A stretch of DNA of 43,722 nt from an uncultured Gammaproteobacteria bacterium (lineage in GTDB: Bacteria > Patescibacteriota > Patescibacteriia > UBA9934 > GWF2-40-263). The notes below the pieces were generated by a model. That model made no database searches and was not told where the DNA came from. It saw only the letters and a list, made by a program, of their open reading frames with translations. Position 1 is the first letter of the stretch, and every line of letters starts with the position of its first letter. Shown one piece after another: positions 27,293 through 34,545 of the stretch. The translations under genes and the position numbers were made by a program. The stretch is from NCBI GenBank assembly GCA_964588505.1, contig CAZPPQ010000002.1, positions 1 through 43,722 of the forward strand, in the 5' to 3' direction.

Positions 27293-28368
27293 GCTTTAGA
27301 TGACGGGTCTATGGCGATTTTGTTTTTCAAAAACTCTTCAACGAACTTCCATACTTGCTCTGACTTTTCAATCCACTGAATCCGCTTATCGCGCTTGAAC
27401 CATGTCATTTGTCGCTTGGCGTAGGCGCGTGTGTCGCGCTTCACATCCTCGATCGCGGAAGCGAGCGAGATTTTCCCTTGCAAAAAATTCGCGATCTGAC
27501 GGTACCCGATACCGGTCATCGCTGTAGAAGACCCCACCTCACCTCCCCTTGGCAGGGGAGGAATCGCGACAGTTGGGATGCGCTTCGAAAACGAGCGAAC
27601 TTCATCTACAAGCCCGCGCGCGATCATTTCATCCACACGATGATCAATCCGCCTGTTCAGAATTTCTTTTGAAACACTGATCCCGATTTTTAACACATCA
27701 TATTTCGGCTTCCCTTTCACTTGCTGGACCGAGAATGGCTCGCTGGTCGCGCGACAAACTTCAAGCGCGCGCACGAGACGACGCTTATTGTTGCGATCAA
27801 TAACCTCCGCTCCAAACGGATCAAGCTGTTTGTATTCAGCAAACAAATCGTCAAGCGGACGAGCCTCGAGTTCGGTACGAATCTCCGGATTCGGCGGAAC
27901 CTTCGGAATAGAAAGATTGTCCACGACCGCATCCACCCACAAGCCAGTGCCGCCGACAAGAATCGGCACATGTCCGCGCGCGACAATCTCCTTGATGCGC
28001 GCCTCGGCATAAGTTTTGAATTGCGACACATTGTAATCCTCGTTCGGACTTACGAGATCAATTCCCCAATGCGGGATCCCTTCGACCATGTACGGTTTTT
28101 CGCGGAATAAAACAACGCGTCCTCCCCTTACTAAGGGGAGGTTGAGGTGGGGTTCGCCTGCGCCGGCAACCCCCTCTTCCTCCCCCATGGTAAGGGGGGA
28201 ATCGCGCAAAGGCTTAGCCGTGCCGATATCCATCCCTCGAAAAACCAAACGCGAATCTGCGGAAATAATCTCCCCATTGACTCGTTTCGCAATTTCAATT
28301 CCGAGCGCTGTCTTTCCGGACGCTGTCGGCCCAACAATCACGATTAATTTAGGTAATGCGCTCTCCAT
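27289..28368 (-). CDS. miaA: tRNA dimethylallyltransferase with two in-frame repeat-derived insertions
   Basis: Segments: IVIVGPTASGKTALGIEIAK, ISADSRLVFRGMDIGTAKP, GIPHWGIDL, ILVGGTGLW, RLVRALEV, and GIGYRQI. The start is taken at the ATG at 28368 (MESALPK), which overlaps the miaB end by 20 nt. The ORF track extends to 28428. Confidence 0.9.
   Translation of the reverse strand: MESALPKLIVIVGPTASGKTALGIEIAKRVNGEIISADSRLVFRGMDIGTAKPLRDSPLTMGEEEGVAGAGEPHLNLPLVRGGRVVLFREKPYMVEGIPHWGIDLVSPNEDYNVSQFKTYAEARIKEIVARGHVPILVGGTGLWVDAVVDNLSIPKVPPNPEIRTELEARPLDDLFAEYKQLDPFGAEVIDRNNKRRLVRALEVCRATSEPFSVQQVKGKPKYDVLKIGISVSKEILNRRIDHRVDEMIARGLVDEVRSFSKRIPTVAIPPLPRGGEVGSSTAMTGIGYRQIANFLQGKISLASAIEDVKRDTRAYAKRQMTWFKRDKRIQWIEKSEQVWKFVEEFLKNKIAIDPSSKA
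27531..27568 (+). repeat. 38-nt palindromic element, copy A, inside the miaA CDS
   Basis: The sequence is accccacctcacctccccttggcaggggaggaatcgcg, with stem cctcccc/ggggagg. It is translated as IPPLPRGGEVGS. Confidence 0.85.
28116..28153 (-). repeat. 38-nt palindromic element, copy B (inverted orientation), inside the miaA CDS
   Basis: Its reverse complement is accccacctcaacctccccttagtaaggggaggacgcg, nearly identical to copy A over the first 22 nt. It is translated as EPHLNLPLVRGGR. Confidence 0.85.
28169..28206 (+). repeat. 38-nt palindromic element, copy C, inside the miaA CDS
   Basis: The sequence is accccctcttcctcccccatggtaaggggggaatcgcg, with the same architecture and gaatcgcg tail as copy A. 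It is translated as RDSPLTMGEEEGV. Confidence 0.8.
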
Positions 28369-29698
28369 ACAAAATCCACATTTCTGGTTTAATGATTTTA
28401 ACCGGAACGATCTGCCCGACCAGTTCATTCCGGCCAGGAAATGTTACGAGCTTCATCTCGCGCGAATTTCCAAAACACATGGACGGCAAATTCGGCCCGT
28501 GTGGCGGCTCGCAGCGCTCCACGAGCACACTCGCTTCTTTTCCAAGATACGCCTGATTCTTTTTGCGCACCACGCGCTCCATAACTTCCTGCAAACGATC
28601 CCAACGACGGCGTTTTTCCTCGCGCGGCACGTCATCCTTAAACGCGCGGCTCGCGGCCGTGCCGGACCGCGGCGAATAAATCGCGTTATACGAAATATCG
28701 AACCCGATCTCCTCGTACAACGAAATCGTCCGCTCAAACTGCTCTTCTGTTTCCCCGGAAAATCCGACGATCATATCTGTCCCGATCGCCATCTCCGGCC
28801 GCTTGGCGCGCACGCGATGGATGATGTCCGTGTATTCCTCGCGCGTGTATCGGCGGTTCATCCGCCGCAAGACTTCATCGTCTCCGGATTGCACGGCCAA
28901 ATGCAAAAAGTTCATCTGGGCCGGAAGCGCGAGCGCGTCTATCACCTCGTCAGTCATATGCGTCGGGTACGCGGCCGTAAAATGCAAACGCTTTAATCCA
29001 GAAATCTGATTCATCTCCCAAAGCAAGGCCGCAAAATGATCTTTGTATGGATTCACCACGGAGCATGTTTCCGAATCCGGAGCTCGATAGCTGTTCACGG
29101 ATTGCCCGAGCAAGGTGATCTCCACGGCTCCTTTGGCGACAAGCCCGCACGCTTCATTCAAAATTTCCTTTGCCGGACGGTTCTTCTCAAACCCGCGGGC
29201 GAACGGAACCACGCAATACGAACAAAACTTGTTGCATCCAGTCTGCACAACCACAAACGCCTGCCGCACATTCGTTCGTAAAGGATCAATCTGGAGATAT
29301 GATGCCGGAGCCGCGATCTCCTGCGGAACCAAATCCGGACGAAGCTCGCGGATCCAACGCGGGAGCTGTGGCAAATCCGCAATCGGAAAGCACAAATCAA
29401 CGATCGGAAGTTTTTTGCGAATCTTCCCATCATAATCGCGTCCGGCCATACATCCTGTTATCCCAATCACAATGTCAGGCTTTGCGGCCTTAAGCTTCTC
29501 AAATGCGCGGACGTGTCCATACACACGATCCTCCGCGCTCTGCCGAACCGAGCATGTATTCAAAAGAATAAAATCAGCCTCTGCCTCGTTTTCGGTCTCT
29601 GCAAATCCCAATGATTGCAAAAGCGCGGCGATGCGCTCGGAATCGCTTTTGTTCATCTGACAGCCATAGGTGACAAGACAATACATCGGAACTCTCAT
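28349..29698 (-). CDS. miaB: tRNA-i6A37 methylthiotransferase (radical SAM, MiaB family)
   Basis: The N-terminal cluster is VTYGCQMNKSDSE. The radical-SAM motif is GCNKFCSYCVVPFARG. A C-terminal TRAM-like region is present, and the gene lies directly upstream of miaA. Confidence 0.85.
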   Translation of the reverse strand: MRVPMYCLVTYGCQMNKSDSERIAALLQSLGFAETENEAEADFILLNTCSVRQSAEDRVYGHVRAFEKLKAAKPDIVIGITGCMAGRDYDGKIRKKLPIVDLCFPIADLPQLPRWIRELRPDLVPQEIAAPASYLQIDPLRTNVRQAFVVVQTGCNKFCSYCVVPFARGFEKNRPAKEILNEACGLVAKGAVEITLLGQSVNSYRAPDSETCSVVNPYKDHFAALLWEMNQISGLKRLHFTAAYPTHMTDEVIDALALPAQMNFLHLAVQSGDDEVLRRMNRRYTREEYTDIIHRVRAKRPEMAIGTDMIVGFSGETEEQFERTISLYEEIGFDISYNAIYSPRSGTAASRAFKDDVPREEKRRRWDRLQEVMERVVRKKNQAYLGKEASVLVERCEPPHGPNLPSMCFGNSREMKLVTFPGRNELVGQIVPVKIIKPEMWILYGERIT

Positions 29699-29730
29699 AG
29701 CTGGAAAAGTTTAACAGAAAAAAGGAAGAT

Positions 29731-29772
29731 CGCCAACGCCCAAAGCCTAGAGCCTAGAGCCTAACGCCCTAA
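29731..29772. repeat. TTAGG-type boundary repeats (CCTAA orientation)
   Basis: The sequence is cgccaacgcccaaa gcctaga gcctaga gcctaac gccctaac. It lies between the stop of the upstream gene and the miaB start. Confidence 0.85.
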
Positions 29773-29793
29773 CAAAAAACCGGCCAACAGATG

Positions 29794-30312
29794 TTAGACC
29801 GGCAGAGAATCGCGGAGAGGCTGTGAAGGAAAGGCTGGCTCTTTCGTTTTGAGAGCATTGACGACATAAACATAAAGCCGGAGGAGCGCTTGGATTTGGG
29901 ACGCACTCACGTCGTCCCGCTCTACGGTATCGAGAACGCCCGGTGTGTCTGTTGCGACAAACTTCTGCCGCAGACGAAGCGCGAGGATGACGACATGGGT
30001 AATCAACAAATTTCTTACGCCCGCCTTTCGGAGCAACGCCCTCATGAGCGCGTAATACCCTGCTTTCGCAATCTCCTGTTCGAGCTTGACCGACGCGACC
30101 AAATCCAAATCGCACAGTGTTTCGAGCTCGGCCTGTTCAACCAACGTTTTGAGAAATCGCTCGGCTGTCATTGGCGAGACGTTCAACGCGGCGAAACGCC
30201 CGCTCAACACGCCAGCGAGACGCGGATGTCTTGGAAGAAAATTTTCACAGACAGTAGAAAGAACTCCGGCACAACGAGAAAAAAGTGGGGTAACTTCCGG
30301 TTCCGTACTCAT
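29794..30312 (-). CDS. hypothetical all-alpha protein with an RNxxxxH (HEPN-like) motif
   Basis: It is 172 aa from the ATG at 30312, which has GGAGG 6 nt upstream. The sequence looks predominantly helical and contains GVRNLLITH (Rx5H). No other recognised motif. Confidence 0.55.
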   Translation of the reverse strand: MSTEPEVTPLFSRCAGVLSTVCENFLPRHPRLAGVLSGRFAALNVSPMTAERFLKTLVEQAELETLCDLDLVASVKLEQEIAKAGYYALMRALLRKAGVRNLLITHVVILALRLRQKFVATDTPGVLDTVERDDVSASQIQALLRLYVYVVNALKTKEPAFPSQPLRDSLPV

Positions 30313-30418
30313 GAATTCCTCCTTCCGCGTTCTGCGGCCAAGAACCATACCAGACCATTGACAGCCAGTCAAGAACCGTCGCGAACTTCTAAGACCTCTA
30401 TGTCCTATGGAACCTATC

Positions 30419-30427
30419 TGCTATAAT
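30419..30427 (+). promoter_or_regulatory. extended -10 box TGCTATAAT upstream of the K/E-rich protein gene
   Basis: A perfect TATAAT lies at 30422-30427 with TG at 30419-30420. The ATG is at 30457. Confidence 0.45.
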
Positions 30428-30456
30428 TAAAGACAAATCATTTCACTCATATTTTT

Positions 30457-32340
30457 ATGCCTTCAGCCAACCCAGAACGCCGCCAGTCTCCAGAAGGAGA
30501 AAAATGGAAGCCGGAAGCGGCCAAAACTCCGGAACACGCCGAGCGCGAAGAACTGCACATTCCAGAAGTCGGAGAAACATTAAAAATTTATGATGCCTCG
30601 GGCAATGAACAGAGCGAGGTTGTTGTTGGGGCAGATAAAAAAGAAGGCATTGTCATTGTCGGCCACGAGACAAGCGGCGCGCCGCGAGTGCGCGAGATTA
30701 TGCCGGGCGAATCCAATTCGCGCGAACGGGCCGAAGAAATGAATGAAAAATTGAATAAGGCTTTTGAAGCGGCCGTTGATGCGACAATCAAAGCGTTTGG
30801 ATTGAAAGGAAAAGAGGCGAAAAATACCCGCGCCAAACTTGGAGAACACCGCGCGCTCATTGTCGCAAAAGCCGCGTCTATGGACGCGCCGGAAGCCGCG
30901 CTGATGGGTTCTGTTGAAGCGCTCACGCACGAAAAGAAGGAAACAAAAGAGGCTGAAAAAAAAGCGAGAATGGAACGTGGGGTGCAAGAAACTCGTCTCG
31001 AAGTTTTGTCGAAACGCGAGGAGGTCGTGCGACTGCGAGCGGAAATCCAGCAAGCGGAAAAAACGGAAAATGAAGCGGTATATAAAAAAGCGAGAAGGGC
31101 TTTTGACAAAGCGTCGAAAAGTCTCCATCTGCAGGAACGCGCGCTTGTCCAACTTGAAAGCTATCTGCGACCCGAGGAACCGAAAGAAGAAATCGTTGAT
31201 GAAGTTGAGGGCACCGTCGAACTCAAACCAAAACCTGTCTATTCCGAAGGGGTCACGGATGTGGAAAATGCCATCGATTTTTCCGAAACTCGCATGCGGG
31301 ATCTGGATAAGGTTCTCCAAAAAGACCCGAAAAATGTCACGGCGCTCAACGAGTGGAATTTATTGAATCATGAGCGCACAGCCGACCGTGTTGTTCTGGA
31401 ATCCCTAAAACGGAAAGAGGACAAGGAACGAAAAGAAAAAAAAATCGAAGCGCTCCGAGCCGAAACAGAAGCTATGGATAAGAAAGAGTTGGCAGAAGCG
31501 AAAAAAGAGATGAAGACGGCCGAGAAAGCGAAAGACGACAAAAAGGCCGAACAATTGCTTGCCAAAATCCATGAACTGGAAAATCCTGCGGAGGACACGA
31601 AAGAAATCAAAGCGCTTAAAGCGGAAATCGCCGAGATTGATGCCAAAGAAGCGAGGCTCGCCGAAGCGGATTGGGAAGGATTCAACGTCATTTCCAAAAG
31701 CGGCGAAGCGCCGGCTCCGGAAGCGCCGTATCTTGATGAAGAGGTGTTGAGCCAACCGCCGCCAGTTCCGGAGGAGATAAAAGCGGATTCGCTAGCGGAA
31801 GATGAAGCACGACAAAAAGAAAAAACGCTCCGTGGAATTTTGGAAAATATTCAAGGGAACAGACGCGGCCCACAACTAAAACCTGCAGAACCCATCAAGG
31901 AAGAAGAGCTGGAGATAGACACAAGCGAATTTGAGAAAAAACCGGAAGCCAGAAAAAAAGAGGGGCCTATTCCGGAAGAGGAGCCGGCGCCAGGTTCAAG
32001 AGCTGAAAAAAACGATGTAAGAAAAGTGGTCGCGAATGTCGCGGAACAACGATTAAAAAAGGAAGAAGAAGCGCACCAAAAAATGTTGCTGGAAGCGTCG
32101 AAAGGGCTCGATATCCCGGCTTCCAAAATTGAAATAGCTATGGCCGCTTTCAAAAACGCAAGACTGTGGGAGAGATTCCGCACAGCAGAAGACAAAATTC
32201 CGGAAAAAAAGTGGCCCGCAAAACTAAATCCATTCAAAAAAGAAAAATCCGAGCGGCAAAAAATATGGGGAGAGATTCAAGCCGCGGCAAAAGAAGCAGG
32301 TATTGACCTCACGAAAGCCGGCAAAAAACGCGCGCGATAA
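30457..32340 (+). CDS. K/E-rich coiled-coil-like hypothetical protein (627 aa)
   Basis: It is a long ORF with a highly charged low-complexity (K, E, A) composition. The antisense ORFs within it are composition artefacts. No TM segment or catalytic motif was seen. Confidence 0.6.
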   Translation: MPSANPERRQSPEGEKWKPEAAKTPEHAEREELHIPEVGETLKIYDASGNEQSEVVVGADKKEGIVIVGHETSGAPRVREIMPGESNSRERAEEMNEKLNKAFEAAVDATIKAFGLKGKEAKNTRAKLGEHRALIVAKAASMDAPEAALMGSVEALTHEKKETKEAEKKARMERGVQETRLEVLSKREEVVRLRAEIQQAEKTENEAVYKKARRAFDKASKSLHLQERALVQLESYLRPEEPKEEIVDEVEGTVELKPKPVYSEGVTDVENAIDFSETRMRDLDKVLQKDPKNVTALNEWNLLNHERTADRVVLESLKRKEDKERKEKKIEALRAETEAMDKKELAEAKKEMKTAEKAKDDKKAEQLLAKIHELENPAEDTKEIKALKAEIAEIDAKEARLAEADWEGFNVISKSGEAPAPEAPYLDEEVLSQPPPVPEEIKADSLAEDEARQKEKTLRGILENIQGNRRGPQLKPAEPIKEEELEIDTSEFEKKPEARKKEGPIPEEEPAPGSRAEKNDVRKVVANVAEQRLKKEEEAHQKMLLEASKGLDIPASKIEIAMAAFKNARLWERFRTAEDKIPEKKWPAKLNPFKKEKSERQKIWGEIQAAAKEAGIDLTKAGKKRAR

Positions 32341-32342
32341 AC

Positions 32343-32377
32343 AAAAACCGCCTTCGCAATTTACGAAGGCGGTTTTG
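32343..32377. terminator. bidirectional intrinsic terminator between convergent genes
   Basis: A 9-bp stem ccgccttcg/cgaaggcgg has loop caattta, AAAAA upstream and TTTT downstream. Confidence 0.75.
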
Positions 32378-32384
32378 ATTTTCC

Positions 32385-34169
32385 TTATGGCCGCTTGGCG
32401 GCTTCGAGCGCGTAGGAAACCAACTCGGCGGCAGGGATCAAGACATCCTCCTCTTGCCCAAACACATTCACAGTAAAATCTCCGCCTTCGGCTTCTTTCG
32501 CGCCAATCACGATTGTCCACGGAATCTTCATCATTGCCGCGTTGCGGATTTTCTTCCCGACTTTCTCGTCAGCGTCGTCAATTTCCGCGCGCACGCCGGC
32601 CTCGACTAGCTCGGCCAGTAATTTTTTGGCAAACGCGACATGATCTTTCCCAACGGTCGCGAGACGAATCTGCGCTGGGGCGAGCCACATCGGAAAGATG
32701 CCTGCCGTGTGTTCAAGAAGCGTTGAAACAAACCGCTCGATAGATCCCATAATCGCGCAATGGATCATCACGATCGGCTCGGCAACCCCGCTTTCGTTCA
32801 TGCAGGTCAAATCGAAATTCTTCGGTTGATTGAAATCAAGCTGGATGGTCGCGACCTGCAACACGCGCCCAAGCGAGTCCTTTGTCATAAAATCAATCTT
32901 CGGGCCGTACATCGCGGCCTCTCCTTTCCCGTCAATGTAAGAGGTTACTCCGCGCTTCGCGAGCAAGCTAGAAATCTGCGCTTCGGCCTTTTGCCATACC
33001 TCGGGCGTGCCAAGATACTTTTCGAAATGACCAGGATCATAGCGCGAGAAACGAACGGACAGCTCAAACCCGAACGCGCGATAAAACTTGTCAATCACAT
33101 CCCAAATCGCAAACATCTCAACTTCGATCTGGTTCTCACGACAAAATACATGAGCATCATCCTGTGTTATGGAAAGCACACGGGAAAGACCGGAAAGTTC
33201 ACCGGACTGCTCATCCCGATATACCATCGTTGTTTCGCAATAACGCTGTGGCATCTCGCGATAGCTCCGCAATTCGCTCGCAAAAATCTGCGTGTGGTGC
33301 GGGCAGTTCATTGGTTTCATCGCGTATTCGTGTCCTTCGCGCGTCGTAATCTTAAAAAGCTCGTTTGAAAATTTCGCCCAATGACCGGACTTTTCGTATA
33401 AATCTTTTTTTGTGATGTGCGGAATCGTCACTTTTTGATAGCCGTACGGTCTTCGCAAACTCCACACAAATTCATCCAACACATTTCTCACAATGGTCCC
33501 CTTCGGTGTCCATAATGGGAGCCCAGGGCCGACCAAATCGGAAAACACGAACAATCCGAGCTCTTTACCCAGCTTGCGATGATCGCGCTTTTTCGCCTCT
33601 TCCAGCATCGCGACATAGGCATCCAACTCTGGTTGAGTTTGAAACGCTAACCCGTAAATGCGCTGAAGTTGCGGCTTCTTTTCATCCCCGCGCCAATACA
33701 CGCCAGCCAATCGGGTGAGCTTAAAGGCTCCGATTTCACCAGATTTTGCGACATGGGGGCCTCGACAGAGATCCACGAACGCTCCGGTCTCGTACACGGA
33801 CGCAACATCCGATTTCTCGCCGACATCATGAATTTCTTCCGGACGAATTTTTGTCGTCCCTTTTTCTCTCAAGTCATTCAACAGCTCGACTTTCAAATCC
33901 TGCCCCATGGACGCAAAAAGTTTGATGGCCTCATCAATCGGCATTTCTTTGCGCACAAACGGATCGTCACGCTTCATGACCTCGCGCATTTTAGCCTCAA
34001 TCGTTGCAAGATCGGATTCCGTAATCGGCTTCAACGGAAGCACATCGTAAAAAAAACCATCGTCAATCACCGGGCCAACGCCGAACTTGGTGCCATGGTA
34101 CAGCTCGCTGATCGCCGCGGCGAGCACGTGGGCAGTCGAGTGCCGCATGGTGTGGAGTGTGTCGTTCAT
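32385..34169 (-). CDS. thrS: threonine--tRNA ligase (lacks the N-terminal TGS domain)
   Basis: Segments: MRHSTAHVLAAAISELY (editing-domain HxxxH), class II motifs RDEQSGELSGLSRV and QDDAHVFC, and a C-terminal anticodon-binding domain. The start is taken at the ATG at 34169 (MNDTLHT). The upstream 33 codons of the ORF track read into the palindromic repeat. Confidence 0.9.
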   Translation of the reverse strand: MNDTLHTMRHSTAHVLAAAISELYHGTKFGVGPVIDDGFFYDVLPLKPITESDLATIEAKMREVMKRDDPFVRKEMPIDEAIKLFASMGQDLKVELLNDLREKGTTKIRPEEIHDVGEKSDVASVYETGAFVDLCRGPHVAKSGEIGAFKLTRLAGVYWRGDEKKPQLQRIYGLAFQTQPELDAYVAMLEEAKKRDHRKLGKELGLFVFSDLVGPGLPLWTPKGTIVRNVLDEFVWSLRRPYGYQKVTIPHITKKDLYEKSGHWAKFSNELFKITTREGHEYAMKPMNCPHHTQIFASELRSYREMPQRYCETTMVYRDEQSGELSGLSRVLSITQDDAHVFCRENQIEVEMFAIWDVIDKFYRAFGFELSVRFSRYDPGHFEKYLGTPEVWQKAEAQISSLLAKRGVTSYIDGKGEAAMYGPKIDFMTKDSLGRVLQVATIQLDFNQPKNFDLTCMNESGVAEPIVMIHCAIMGSIERFVSTLLEHTAGIFPMWLAPAQIRLATVGKDHVAFAKKLLAELVEAGVRAEIDDADEKVGKKIRNAAMMKIPWTIVIGAKEAEGGDFTVNVFGQEEDVLIPAAELVSYALEAAKRP

Positions 34170-34202
34170 AATTTTTGAGACTTTGAGCTCTAAAAGATTC
34201 AC

Positions 34203-34323
34203 GTCATTGCGAGCGAAGCCCGCCCGACCGAACGAATGGATACTCGGCCGTTCGGGCAGGCGAAGCAATCTCTAGGTGAGATTGCTTCGTCGCCCCGCCT
34301 ACGGCGGGGCTCCTCGCAATGAC
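34203..34323 (-). repeat. 121-nt cloverleaf-like palindromic element (GTCATTGCGAG...CTCGCAATGAC family) in the thrS 5' region
   Basis: An 11-bp closing stem gtcattgcgag/ctcgcaatgac encloses three hairpins: ccgaacg/cgttcgg, cgaagcaatctc/gagattgcttcg (12 bp), and ccccgcc/ggcgggg. Confidence 0.8.
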
Positions 34324-34360
34324 ATATCAAAAATAAAAATCGAGAAGCTGAAGCTCTCCC

Positions 34361-34389
34361 AGCATAATCCGTGTTCAAAATGAGGTCAA
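34361..34389 (-). promoter_or_regulatory. sigma70-like promoter (TTGACC-17-TATGCT) upstream of thrS
   Basis: The minus strand reads TTGACC tcattttgaacacggat TATGCT. This places the palindromic element inside a thrS leader of about 185 nt. Confidence 0.5.
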
Positions 34390-34419
34390 GCAAACAAAAT
34401 GCAACTTGAATGATTTACT

Positions 34420-34545
34420 GAGACCTCTAAAAAATCGATGGATTTTCGGTGAATGGGGTAGCCAGCCTCCGAGACGTACTAGAACGTACGTTGAGGAGGT
34501 AGCGGGGCCCCATGAGCCGAAAAGACGCGATTTTGCAGAGGTCTC
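34420..34545. other. 126-nt rod-like extended hairpin
   Basis: Nested pairings: gagacctct/agaggtctc, aaaatcg/cgatttt, ttttcgg/ccgaaaa, tgggg/cccca, cctcc/ggagg, and acgtac/gtacgt around the apical loop tagaac. The right arm abuts the stop codon of the upstream gene. Confidence 0.7.

Noticed and set aside
29771-29800. A possible terminator hairpin (ccgg/ccgg) after the 172-aa gene.
   Set aside because: Only about 4 bp can pair, around a long loop. That is too weak to call.
30580-31320. Antisense ORFs of 246 and 173 aa within the K/E-rich gene.
   Set aside because: They are the complement of a purine-rich, low-complexity coding strand (F/S/L-rich mirror ORFs). They have no independent start signals.
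34170-34393. The N-terminal extension of the thrS ORF (33 codons) and the 64-aa ORF 34199-34393.
   Set aside because: Both are read-throughs of the palindromic GTCATTGCGAG...GAAGCAATCTC element (peptides such as HCEEP..GDEAIS..SLAMT). They are repeat-derived, not coding.
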